The notes under the pieces are model-generated. The model was not told the DNA's origin and did no database searches. It was given only the letters and a program-made list of their open reading frames with translations. This document shows, piece by piece, positions 1 through 9,290 of a stretch of 64,000 bases of DNA. Position numbers and translations under genes: made by a program. The DNA comes from a virus. Taxonomy: Duplodnaviria; Caudoviricetes. The stretch covers positions 11,210-75,209 of the IMG/VR virus record IMGVR_UViG_2886410390_000001, one strand, 5' to 3'. Position 1 is the stretch's first letter. Every line of letters begins with the position of its first letter.

Positions 1-222
1 GTGCGCCTCGTCCTGACGTACCCGGCCAGCGACGGAGCGCGCTGAGCGTCCGTCTGTGAGACCGGGGGCGACATGCCCTCCACATCAACTTGAAGGGCAG
101 TCGGAGTGGCTCCCCGCCGAAGAGTGGAACGTCACCGTGCTTCATGCCATCAGCGCATGCTGCGCTGGCGCGTCGGTGCAGTGGCGCGCTCGGCTCACGC
201 TTGAGCTGCATGGAGGTGCATC

Positions 223-570
223 GTGACAGCCTGTGCCACCCGGACCTACGGCCAGCCCCGCTTCATCCGCCGCCTGCGCGAATCGGTGGCGGCGGGGCGG
301 TGTGTGTACTGCAAGGGCCCGCTCAGCCCGCGCCAGCGCTTCGTGTGCGGGAAGAAGGAGTGCCGTGCTGCGTACGGAGCGGACTACCGGCGTGAGACTG
401 AGGGCCACGGCGTGGTCGGGTGGCACGAGGACAGCCGCGCGACCGTCGTCGAGGCTGAGCTGGTAGCGGAGCTGCGCGCGAGCACCGCCCGCCTGGCCGT
501 CCAGCTCGACGGCTTCCGGGCCCGCGTCCTCGAGTTCTGCGCACAGGTGTCCTCGGGAGGTGCTCGATGA
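223..570 (+). CDS. Hypothetical phage protein with putative Zn finger
   Basis: CVYC...CGKKEC motif; stop overlaps next start (ATGA). Confidence 0.55.
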   Translation: MTACATRTYGQPRFIRRLRESVAAGRCVYCKGPLSPRQRFVCGKKECRAAYGADYRRETEGHGVVGWHEDSRATVVEAELVAELRASTARLAVQLDGFRARVLEFCAQVSSGGAR

Positions 571-1124
571 GCTGCCGACGAGACGCAGACGTCCGCCCTG
601 GGCTGGTGGCCCGCCTGCGCGCTGCTCACCCTGGGTCGCAGGTGCTAGAGGAGATGGGACTCCATCACGGGCATGTGCGCGTGGACGTGGCCGTCATCTC
701 GGCGGACTGCCTGCACGGGTACGAGGTGAAGGCGGACGCGGACACGCTGAAGCGCCTGCCTGTCCAGGTGTGGCGCTACGGTGAGGTGATGGACCGGTGC
801 ACGCTGGTCGTGGGCCTGCGGCACCTGGACGCGGCGCTGCCGCTGCTGCCCGCCTGGTGGGGCATCGTCATCGCCAGCCGGGACGGCTTCCATGCAGCCC
901 GGCCCGCTCTCCCCAACCCAGACCCCTGCGCCCACAACACCTGTCGCCTGCTCTGGCGCGAGGAGTCGCTGGCGTTGCTGGACGAGGTTGGCGCCGCGCG
1001 GGGAGTTCGCGGCAAGGCGAAGAACACGCTCTACAGGCGGCTGGTGGAAGTGGTGCCCGCCGCCGAACTGCGCGCCCACGTGCGCCGGCTGGTGGTGGCC
1101 CGGGGCGACTGGAGGCAGCCATGA
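567..1124 (+). CDS. sce7726-family / PD-(D/E)XK nuclease-like protein
   Basis: RVDVAVI...LHGYEVKADADTLKRLPVQ motif. Confidence 0.7.
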   Translation: MSCRRDADVRPGLVARLRAAHPGSQVLEEMGLHHGHVRVDVAVISADCLHGYEVKADADTLKRLPVQVWRYGEVMDRCTLVVGLRHLDAALPLLPAWWGIVIASRDGFHAARPALPNPDPCAHNTCRLLWREESLALLDEVGAARGVRGKAKNTLYRRLVEVVPAAELRAHVRRLVVARGDWRQP

Positions 1125-1651
1125 CGTGCTCCCGCATCACCTTCGAGGTACCGGTGGTGACGAAGAACCCCACCAACCAGCGCGAGCACCCCATGGCCCG
1201 GCACCGCCGCGCGCAGGGGCAGCGCGACACCACGGGGCTGCTCTGGCCCGGGTGGATGGGGCCGGCCCTCCTGGTGGTCCGCCTCACCCGCGTCGCGCCC
1301 CGTCGGCTGGATCGGGACGACAACCTCCCGTCGGCGCTGAAGTCCGTCCGCGACGAGGTGGCCCGGCAGCTCCGCGTGGACGACGCCTCGCCTCTCGTCC
1401 GGTGGGTGTACGCGCAGCTGCAGGGCGAGCCCCGCGTGCTGGTGGAACTGGCCTGGGGGGACGACGAACTCGCCGTGGCCGTCCGAGCCCAGGATGCTCT
1501 GGCACCGCCTCCGCCACCCGCCCCGCTGGAGCCCCGTGCCGCGCGTCCGACCCGGCCGCGTGCTGCGAAGAAGGCCCCGCAGACTGGCGGGCTTCCTCGC
1601 TCGCTCGCGGACTTGGTGAAGCCTGCCTTCCGGAAGGGCGGTGTGCCATGA
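1121..1651 (+). CDS. RusA-like Holliday junction resolvase (putative)
   Basis: VVRLTR..PRRLDRDDNL...KSVRD.VA..L.VDD pattern; ATG at 1121 after GGAGG; position upstream of terminase. Confidence 0.55.
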   Translation: MTCSRITFEVPVVTKNPTNQREHPMARHRRAQGQRDTTGLLWPGWMGPALLVVRLTRVAPRRLDRDDNLPSALKSVRDEVARQLRVDDASPLVRWVYAQLQGEPRVLVELAWGDDELAVAVRAQDALAPPPPPAPLEPRAARPTRPRAAKKAPQTGGLPRSLADLVKPAFRKGGVP

Positions 1652-2004
1652 CCTCCTGTGCGGGTCAGCCACTGTGCTCGGAGGGCTGCGGCCGTCCCGC
1701 GGCACCACGGCACAAGCGGTGCTGGGGCCACCTCAAACGCGTGACGCGTAAGCAATCCCTAGAGACGCCCCTCGCCGAGGCGTACTCCTCCCCGTGGGAA
1801 CGCCTGACGGCTGCTGCCCTGGCGTACGCGGATGCGGATGACGGGGATGATGAGTCCTTCGCGCGGGCAAGGGACAGGCTGCGCAAAGCAGCTGTGGCCT
1901 ACGGGCGAGCGCTGCTCCTGCGCCCCGAGTTGGCGCCCGCGCCCCGGGCCCGGAAAGACCGCTCAGGAGCGCAGCTCGAGTTCTGGCCAGAGGTGTGCCC
2001 ATAG
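1648..2004 (+). CDS. Hypothetical phage protein (Cys-rich N-terminus)
   Basis: ATGA coupling with previous gene; phage-like codon usage. Confidence 0.5.
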   Translation: MTSCAGQPLCSEGCGRPAAPRHKRCWGHLKRVTRKQSLETPLAEAYSSPWERLTAAALAYADADDGDDESFARARDRLRKAAVAYGRALLLRPELAPAPRARKDRSGAQLEFWPEVCP

Positions 2005-2223
2005 GCGACAAGTCAGGCAGAGCATCGACTTGCGAGGGCGAAGAGCGGGCGCTACGGTTATTTCAGCGCGTCCACCCACGCGTAACCCCAGACGGCCATC
2101 CCATGCGTGGCCATTGCTTGCGGGGCAAAGGGGAGTCTTCTTCTCGGGCTGGGTATTGCGGTGCCTCCTGCGCTGTGAGCGAGGAGCATGGGTCCGTCGC
2201 GCACAGCGTCAAGGACGGCGACC

Positions 2224-3003
2224 ATGACCAAGAAGAAGGACCTCAAGGACCGGATTCGCGCCCACATGGCGAAGACCGGCAAGTTGTATGCCGCTGCAAG
2301 AGCGGATGTTCTGGCCGCGGGGCTCCCCTCGCCCGAGAAGAAGGCTCTGGGCCAGCAGTCGGGTCTTTCAGGCGAATTCAAGGCAGAGCCACACGATGAG
2401 AGGGTCTGTCGTGGATGCGGGGGCGTTCTCTCCCGCCGAAAGGATGGGGCTCCAGCGAGGCTTCAGGACCTGGTTGGCGACTTCGAAGAGATTGCGGAGT
2501 CGCTCATTCACGGGACCGTTAACCACGCATGGCACGGTGATGCTGCTGGATGCGAACCGTGGATGATGCGTGCCGCCACGATTGCATGGCGTGACATCAG
2601 CGCCTTCGGATGCCAAGTCGAACGGCGTGGCGCACAGTTTTTCGCATCACGGATTCCGAACAGAGGGGCTCCTGTAACGTGCACCATCTGCGGTCGGACC
2701 GGTCCGACGCCCGGTGGCACGGAGCGGGATGGGGAGAACATTGCCGATGACCTCTCTCAGGTCATCACCATGCTCGTGAACGGGGTCGTCAAGTACGCCC
2801 GCCAAGGACAGGCCGCGAGCGCGGAGAACATGATGGGACAGGCGCTCCGCCAGCTCCATCATTCCTTCGTTGCGTTGGGTACGTCGTCGCGCCTGAAGCA
2901 CCACCCGGTTTACCTCTCGGTCGTTGAGGAATGGGAGTGGGAACCCCCATTCAAGCGTCCCTCTGAGCCCGAAGACGACGACGCCAATGAGGCGCTGGAT
3001 TGA
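2224..3003 (+). CDS. Accessory hypothetical protein (moron)
   Basis: Lower-GC codon usage; N-terminal MTKKKDLKDRIRAHMAKTGKLYAAAR basic helix; CxxC motifs. Confidence 0.6.
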   Translation: MTKKKDLKDRIRAHMAKTGKLYAAARADVLAAGLPSPEKKALGQQSGLSGEFKAEPHDERVCRGCGGVLSRRKDGAPARLQDLVGDFEEIAESLIHGTVNHAWHGDAAGCEPWMMRAATIAWRDISAFGCQVERRGAQFFASRIPNRGAPVTCTICGRTGPTPGGTERDGENIADDLSQVITMLVNGVVKYARQGQAASAENMMGQALRQLHHSFVALGTSSRLKHHPVYLSVVEEWEWEPPFKRPSEPEDDDANEALD

Positions 3004-3092
3004 GTCTCTAGGGGCGCCGGTAAAAGTCCAAAGCGACTGGGAGGGGCCAGCCCCTCCGGACGCTGTCCACGCTGCCCGGGAGACTGGGCGCC

Positions 3093-3674
3093 GTGGCACG
3101 CGAGCGCACTAGGAAGCCCAGCCCCAGCTCTGACCGGACGGAACCGGCTGAGCCGGCGCGTGGGCTGACGCCGAAGCAGGCGGCCTTCGTCCGCGAGTAC
3201 CTGGTCGACTCCAACGGGAAGCAGGCCGCCATCCGCGCGGGCTACACGGAGCTCTCCGCCGAGGTGACGGCCTCGAAGTTGCTAAGGAATCCCAAGGTCC
3301 GAGAGTCCGTCGAGGCTGGAAAGGCGGTGGTTGCGGAGCGGGCCGAAGTCGAGGCCGTGGAGGTGCTCCGCGAGCTGAAGCGCATCGGCTTCTCGGACCC
3401 GGGCCGGGTGCTCGACGCGGACGGCGCCCTCCTGCCGCTCCACAAGATGCCGGAGGACATCCGCCGGGCCATCGCCTCGGTGGAGGTGGAGGATCTCTTC
3501 GCGGGCAAGGGCGAGGAGCGCGTCCAGGTGGGCACCCTCACCAAGGTGAAGTTCTGGGACAAGCCGAAGTCTCTGGAACTGCTCGGCAAGTACCTGAAGC
3601 TCTTCACCGACAAGGTGGAGCTGGGCGGCGAGCTGAAGCTCACCCATGAGGACGCGCTAGGGGCCCTGGAATGA
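3093..3674 (+). CDS. terS: Terminase small subunit
   Basis: LTPKQAAFVREYLVDSNGKQAAIRAGY HTH signature. Confidence 0.95.
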   Translation: MARERTRKPSPSSDRTEPAEPARGLTPKQAAFVREYLVDSNGKQAAIRAGYTELSAEVTASKLLRNPKVRESVEAGKAVVAERAEVEAVEVLRELKRIGFSDPGRVLDADGALLPLHKMPEDIRRAIASVEVEDLFAGKGEERVQVGTLTKVKFWDKPKSLELLGKYLKLFTDKVELGGELKLTHEDALGALE

Positions 3675-5248
3675 GCGCCGCCCGTCAGTCCCGTCCAGGT
3701 GGAGTGCGTGCACGCCTGGCCCCGCGCCCTGCGGGTGCCCGTGTCGCGAAAGCCTTGAGCCCGCGCGAGAAGGCCATCCGCCAGCGGCTGAAGGACGACT
3801 TCCCGCACTACGCCTCGCGCTGCCTGCGCATCCGCCCGAAGGAGGTGACGGGCGGGGAGCTGCCGCACCTGCAGCTCAACCGCGCCCAGGCCTTCATCCA
3901 CGAGCGGCTGGAGGCGCAGCTGAAGCGCACCGGGCGGGTGCGCGCCATCGTCCTCAAGGGACGGCAGCAGGGGTGCAGCACGTACGTGGAGGCGCGCTTC
4001 TACTGGAAGGTGTCCCACCGCAAGGGCGTGCGTGCCTTCATCCTCACGCACGAGGACCCGGCCACCGCCAACCTCTTCGAGATGGCGAAGCGGTACCACG
4101 ACAACTGCCCGGAGCTGGTGCGGCCCTCCATTGGCGCGTCCAACGCGAAGGAGCTCGTCTTCGACAGGCTGTCCTCCGGGTACAAGGTGGGCACCGCGGG
4201 CAGCAAGGGGACGGGGCGCTCCTCGACGATTCAGTACTTCCACGGCAGCGAGGTGGCCTTCTGGCCCAACGCCTCCACCCACATGCGCGGCGTGCTGGAG
4301 GCGGTGCCGAATGCGCCGGGGACGGAAGTCATTCTGGAGTCCACCAGCGACGGGCCCCAGGGCCTCTTCCACCGCCTGTGCAAGGCGGCGCAGGAGGGCG
4401 CCAGCGAGTACGAGCTGATTTTCGTCCCCTGGTTCTGGCAGCCCGAGTACCGGCTGCCGGTGTCGGAGGGCTTCCAGCGCACCTCGGAGGAGGACAGGTA
4501 CGCCACCCTCTGCCGTGAGGCGCACGGCTACGCGCTGGAGGACGAGCAACTGGCCTGGCGCCGCTCGAAGATTGCGGCCTTCGAGAAGGGCGTCCACGAC
4601 TTCCGGCGCGAGTACCCGGCGACGGTGGAGGAGGCCTTCAAAGCCGCAGCGGTGGGCGCCCTCTGGACGCAGGAGTTGCTGGACAACGCCCGGGTGCCCG
4701 AGCTGCCGAAGGACGCGGAAGGGCGCCCGCTGCCCATGGTGCGCGTGGTGGTGGCGGTGGACCCGGCTGGCGGGGACGGCCCTAGCAACGACGAGGTGGG
4801 CCTCGTCTGCGCGGGGAAGGCCACCAACGGCCACGCGTACGTGTGGCGCGACGACTCCGGGAAGTACTCCGCGGAGGGGTGGGCCACGAAGGTACTGGCC
4901 GTCTACGAGAAGGAGAGCGCGGACGCGGTGGTGGGGGAGAAGAACTTCGGCGGCGACATGGTGGAAACCACCCTGCGAAGCAAGGCGCGCGAGGCGAAGA
5001 AGCACGTGCGCGTGAAGGTGGTGACGGCCTCGCGCGGCAAGGCGAAGCGCGCGGAGCCGGTGGCCGCCCTCTACGAGCGCGGGCAGGCGCACCACGTGGG
5101 CCGCCTCATTGCCCTGGAGGACGAGCAGACAACGTGGGTACCGGGCGAGTCCACCTGGAGCCCCAACCGCATGGACGCCGCGGTGTGGGCGCTGACGGAG
5201 CTGATGCTGGGCGGCCCAGACACCTTCCAGGTGGGGAGCTACCGGTGA
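3671..5248 (+). CDS. terL: Terminase large subunit
   Basis: LKGRQQGCST Walker A, FHGSEVAFW Walker B, ILEST motif, VAVDPAG...nuclease domain, NRMDA. Confidence 0.95.
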   Translation: MSAARQSRPGGVRARLAPRPAGARVAKALSPREKAIRQRLKDDFPHYASRCLRIRPKEVTGGELPHLQLNRAQAFIHERLEAQLKRTGRVRAIVLKGRQQGCSTYVEARFYWKVSHRKGVRAFILTHEDPATANLFEMAKRYHDNCPELVRPSIGASNAKELVFDRLSSGYKVGTAGSKGTGRSSTIQYFHGSEVAFWPNASTHMRGVLEAVPNAPGTEVILESTSDGPQGLFHRLCKAAQEGASEYELIFVPWFWQPEYRLPVSEGFQRTSEEDRYATLCREAHGYALEDEQLAWRRSKIAAFEKGVHDFRREYPATVEEAFKAAAVGALWTQELLDNARVPELPKDAEGRPLPMVRVVVAVDPAGGDGPSNDEVGLVCAGKATNGHAYVWRDDSGKYSAEGWATKVLAVYEKESADAVVGEKNFGGDMVETTLRSKAREAKKHVRVKVVTASRGKAKRAEPVAALYERGQAHHVGRLIALEDEQTTWVPGESTWSPNRMDAAVWALTELMLGGPDTFQVGSYR

Positions 5249-6708
5249 GTGCCGACGTCAACACGCCCAGCAGCACCTACCGGGACATGCTTCCCGACTG
5301 GGAGTTGGTGCTGGCCCTCCTGGGCGGCACCCGCGCCATGCGCGCGGCCGGCCGCAAGTACCTGCCGCAGTACGCCCGCGAGGAGGACGCGGCCTACCGG
5401 GAGCGCCTCAACCGCACCGTCCTCTTCAACTACTTCGCCAAGGTGCTCTCCTTCCTGGCGACGCGGCCCTTCTCAAAGCCGGTGCGCCTGGGCGAGTCCG
5501 CGCCGGAGGAGCTGAAGGCGCTGGCGGAAGACGTGGACAGGCTGGGCAGTGACGTCACCTCCTGGGCGCGCGCCGTCTTCAAGGACGGCCTGGCCAAGGG
5601 ACTCACCCACGTCCTGGTGGATTTCCCCGCGGTGGACCCGGAGGCCGTCCGGACGCTGGAGGACGAGAAGCGCGCGGGCCTGCGCCCGTACTTCGTCCAC
5701 GTGCCCGCCGAGGCCCTCATTGCCGCCTACGTCGAGGTGGTGGACGGCGAGGAGCGCCTCACCCACGCGCGCATTCGGGAGTCCGAGGTGCGGCGCGAGG
5801 GCTTCGAGGAGGTGAAGGTGGAGCGCGTCCGCGTCCTCGAGCCCGACTCCTGGGCCGTGTACGAGCGCTCCGGCACCAGCGAGTGGGCGCAGGTGGGCGG
5901 CGGGCCCAACAAGCTGGGCTTCATCCCCCTCGTCACCTGGTACGCGCACCGCGAGGGCTTCCAGCTCGCCAAGCCCCCGCTGCTCGACTTGGCGCACAAG
6001 AATGTCGAGCACTGGCAGTCGTCCAGCGACCAGCGCAACGTCCTCACGGTGGCGCGCTTCCCCATGCTGGCCGCCTCGGGCGTGGCCCCTCCGCCGGGGA
6101 GCGGGGAGGACGGAGGGCAGGGCGGCGGCCTCAAGGTGGGCCCGCACTCGCTGCTCACCACCGAGTCGCCGCAGGGGAAGTTCTACTACGTGGAGCACTC
6201 CGGGGCGGCCATTGAAGCGGGCCGGAAGGACTTGGAGGACTTGAAGGAGGAGATGGCCGCGCTCGGCGTGGAGCTGCTCGTCCGCAAGTCGGGCAGCTCC
6301 ACCGCTACCGAGAAGTCCATCAACACCGCGCAGAGCCACTCCGAGCTGCAGGCCCTGGCCGAGTCCTTCGGCGACGCCCTGGAGCTGGCCTTCCACTTCG
6401 CGGCCCGGTGGCTGGGGCTGGAGGTGGAGGACGGGGCGCTGAAGGTGGAGGTGCACACCGACTTCGGCCTGTCCGAGGGCGACGCGCAGGGGCTGGACGT
6501 CCTCTTCAAGGCGCGCGCGGCCCGGGAGATTTCGCGGCAGGCCTTCCTCACCGAGTTGAAGCGCCGCGGCGTCCTCGCGCCGGACTTCAACGCCGAGGTG
6601 GACGCGGACCTTCTCCAGGCCGAGGGGCCCGCGCTGGGCACCCTGCGCCCGGCACCTGCCCCGGGCACGTCCGCCGGACAGCAGCCGTCTCCAGGAGGTG
6701 CGTCATGA
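5245..6708 (+). CDS. Portal protein (DUF4055-like)
   Basis: GTG overlapping terL stop; LGGTRAMRAAGRKYLP...YRERL; IPLV; LLDLAHKNVEHWQSSSD; position after terL. Confidence 0.9.
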   Translation: MSADVNTPSSTYRDMLPDWELVLALLGGTRAMRAAGRKYLPQYAREEDAAYRERLNRTVLFNYFAKVLSFLATRPFSKPVRLGESAPEELKALAEDVDRLGSDVTSWARAVFKDGLAKGLTHVLVDFPAVDPEAVRTLEDEKRAGLRPYFVHVPAEALIAAYVEVVDGEERLTHARIRESEVRREGFEEVKVERVRVLEPDSWAVYERSGTSEWAQVGGGPNKLGFIPLVTWYAHREGFQLAKPPLLDLAHKNVEHWQSSSDQRNVLTVARFPMLAASGVAPPPGSGEDGGQGGGLKVGPHSLLTTESPQGKFYYVEHSGAAIEAGRKDLEDLKEEMAALGVELLVRKSGSSTATEKSINTAQSHSELQALAESFGDALELAFHFAARWLGLEVEDGALKVEVHTDFGLSEGDAQGLDVLFKARAAREISRQAFLTELKRRGVLAPDFNAEVDADLLQAEGPALGTLRPAPAPGTSAGQQPSPGGAS

Positions 6709-7118
6709 CGGGGGCCCTCGTGGTGGCCGTGCTCGCGGCCCTGGTGTGTGCTGCCGGGTGGTGGCGGGCGCACAGGCGCTGGAAGGCGTCGCCGGAGCGC
6801 CCGGACAGGCAGGGCACGGTGGTGCCGGAAGACACCGCACCGGCTGCCGGCGAGCTGGCGCTGCCCGAGCAGGTGAGCGCCCTGGAGCCCTGGCAGGTGG
6901 TGGAGTTCGAGCACTTCGTCGGTGTCCGCCACGCCAACGGCGCCTGGACGCACGTCATCCTCAAGCCCACGGGCGAGACGCTGGACGTCGAAGCCGCGGG
7001 CAAGCGCGTGCAGCTCCACGGCAACGGCATCGAGTTCCTGCCCCCGGCGCCCGGGCCGGCGGCCGTCATCCCCGTCCGCCCGCGTGGGCCGGACGACTCG
7101 CCCCCGGGAGGTGCGTAG
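6705..7118 (+). CDS. Hypothetical protein with N-terminal membrane anchor
   Basis: ATG after GGAGG; hydrophobic MTGALVVAVLAALVCAAGWW followed by RAHRR. Confidence 0.6.
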   Translation: MTGALVVAVLAALVCAAGWWRAHRRWKASPERPDRQGTVVPEDTAPAAGELALPEQVSALEPWQVVEFEHFVGVRHANGAWTHVILKPTGETLDVEAAGKRVQLHGNGIEFLPPAPGPAAVIPVRPRGPDDSPPGGA

Positions 7119-8336
7119 GTGGCCGGCGCGCCCCTCACCGCCAACGAGGAGCTCCTCGAGCGCACCCTGGCGCATTCCGTCCAGGTGGAGCGCTACAAGG
7201 CCGGCGTGGTGCACCGGGTGGTGGAGTTGCTCAACGCCACCGAGGACAGCCTCGCCGAGCAGCTCACCGCCCGGCTGGAGCGGATTCTGGACGCGGGCGG
7301 CTTCGACGCCGGGCCCGTCACCACCGCGCGGCTGGAGGACATGCTGCAGGTGGTGGGTGGCCTGCGCGCAGAGGCGTACGCGGCCGCCGCCGGCTACCTG
7401 CGCGAGGAGCTGTCCGTCTTCGCCGCGTACGAGGCCCAGTGGCAGACGGCCGTCCTGCGCGAGACGCTCATCGTGGAGCTGTCCGTGGCCGCCCCCACCG
7501 CGGAGGTGCTGCACGCGGCCGTCTTCGAGAGGCCCTTCGCCGGCGCCGTCTTCGAGTCGTGGGTGGAGTCCATGCCCGCGGCTGACGTGGAGCGCATCTC
7601 CCGCGCCGTCCAGGTGGGCATGGCCGAGGGACAGACGACGCAGCAAATCGTCCGGCGCGTGGTGGGCACGCGGGCCGCCTCCTACGCCGACGGTGTCGCC
7701 GAGGTGAGCCGGCGCAGCGCGGAGACGCTGGTGCGCACCGGCCTCAACCACGTGGCCACCCAGGCCCGGGAGGAGGTGTGCCGGGCCAACGCGGACATCA
7801 TCGAGGCGGTGCGGTGGGTATCGACGCTGGACGGACGCACCACGCCCGTGTGCATGGCGCGGGACGGGAAGACATTCCCGGTGCGCGAGGGCCCGCGCCC
7901 GCCCGCGCACCCCGGGTGCCGCTCCTCCACGGTGCCCGTCATCGACGGGGTGAAGCTGGTGGGGGACAGGCCCGCCGTCACCGACGTGCGCACCCGGCGC
8001 CAGCGCGAGGTGGACTTCCGGGCGGAGGCGAAGGCCCAGGCGGGCGACGCGTGGGGGCGCATGTCCGAGAAGGAGAGGCGCGCGGCCATTGCCCGGCAGC
8101 GGGAGACGTGGGCGCAGCAGCACATCGGCCAGGCGCCCAAGGGGCTGTCCTACGAGGACTGGCTGCGCCGTCAGTCCTCGGGCTTCCAGGACGAGGTGCT
8201 GGGGCCCACGCGCGGGCGGCTCTTCCGCGAGGGCGGCCTGCGCCTGGAGAGGTTTACGGACGCCAGCGGGAAGACGCTGACGTTGGAGCAACTGCGCAAG
8301 GCGGAGTCCGCCGCCTTCACGCGCGCGGAGTTGTAG
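7119..8336 (+). CDS. Minor capsid / head morphogenesis protein (SPP1 gp7 / Mu F-like)
   Basis: WVSTLDGRTTPVC...PPAHPGCRS motif. Confidence 0.88.
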   Translation: MAGAPLTANEELLERTLAHSVQVERYKAGVVHRVVELLNATEDSLAEQLTARLERILDAGGFDAGPVTTARLEDMLQVVGGLRAEAYAAAAGYLREELSVFAAYEAQWQTAVLRETLIVELSVAAPTAEVLHAAVFERPFAGAVFESWVESMPAADVERISRAVQVGMAEGQTTQQIVRRVVGTRAASYADGVAEVSRRSAETLVRTGLNHVATQAREEVCRANADIIEAVRWVSTLDGRTTPVCMARDGKTFPVREGPRPPAHPGCRSSTVPVIDGVKLVGDRPAVTDVRTRRQREVDFRAEAKAQAGDAWGRMSEKERRAAIARQRETWAQQHIGQAPKGLSYEDWLRRQSSGFQDEVLGPTRGRLFREGGLRLERFTDASGKTLTLEQLRKAESAAFTRAEL

Positions 8337-8373
8337 GGCTACCGGCCCTCCCGGGCCGAAGGAGACGTGGCAC

Positions 8374-9126
8374 ATGGAGTTCGAGTGGCAGCCGGAAGTG
8401 GACGCGCTGGACATCGTCCCCGAGAAGTTCCGGGGGCTGTACGCGAAGGGGGAGGGCGAGGGCGCGAAGTACACCCTCGACGCGGACATGGTGAAGCGGC
8501 TGGACAACAGCAGCCTCACCACCGCGCTGAAGAAGGAGCGCGACTCCTCGAAGGAGTTGAAGGCGCTGGTGTCCGCCTACCAGAAGCTGGCGAAGACGCC
8601 GGAGGAGGCGGAGAAGCTGGTGGGCGACTTGCGCACGCAGGTGGCCGAAGCCCAGAAGGGGAAGGATGGCGCGGCCACGTGGGAGAAGCAGCGCACGGAG
8701 CTCGAGTCCGGACATGCGAAGGCGCTGGGGGAAAAGGAGGCCGCGCTGGAGTCCATGCGCACCGCCCTCCACAAGCGACTGGTGCACTCGGAGGCGCTGG
8801 CCGCAATCACAGACGCCAAGGGCAGCGCGTCGCTTCTGTTGCCTTACGTCGAGCGTTATGTGAAAGTGGTGGAGGAAGACGGCGACTTCTTGGTCCGTAT
8901 TGTCGACGCGAAGGGTGAGCCTCGCGAGCACAAGACGGGCGGCTACGTGACGACGCGAGAGTTCGTCGCGGAGCTCAAGAAAAACCCCGACTTCGCTCGG
9001 GCCTTCGAGGGCACGGGTTCCTCCGGAAGCGGGATGCGACCGGGGGGCAAAACGGGCGGGACGCCCGGCAGTGACACGCTTTCCCCCTTGCAGCGCATCG
9101 CCCGGGGGCTGGCGGACAGGAAGTAG
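8374..9126 (+). CDS. Capsid scaffolding protein
   Basis: Coiled-coil, charged; Gly/Ser tail (GSSGSG); directly upstream of major capsid gene. Confidence 0.75.
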   Translation: MEFEWQPEVDALDIVPEKFRGLYAKGEGEGAKYTLDADMVKRLDNSSLTTALKKERDSSKELKALVSAYQKLAKTPEEAEKLVGDLRTQVAEAQKGKDGAATWEKQRTELESGHAKALGEKEAALESMRTALHKRLVHSEALAAITDAKGSASLLLPYVERYVKVVEEDGDFLVRIVDAKGEPREHKTGGYVTTREFVAELKKNPDFARAFEGTGSSGSGMRPGGKTGGTPGSDTLSPLQRIARGLADRK

Positions 9127-9138
9127 CCGTCCCAGGTT

Positions 9139-9178
9139 CGCGTGACGCGGCCTGAGGCACACCGGGCGTGACGCCCGG
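9139..9178 (+). promoter_or_regulatory. Twin GCG-TGA-CGC hairpins/palindromes upstream of major capsid gene
   Basis: CGCG-TGA-CGCG (9139-9149) and CCGGGCG-TGA-CGCCCGG (9162-9178). Confidence 0.4.
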
Positions 9179-9290
9179 AGGCAGCCACTCTCTCCCAATA
9201 TCAGACGTGTCTCTCGGGCTTCAGGCAGCCTTTGCCCGTGGCGCGTCCGCACGCCGTCATTTCCCTCTCGCCGAGGAGGAAAGCCTTTCC

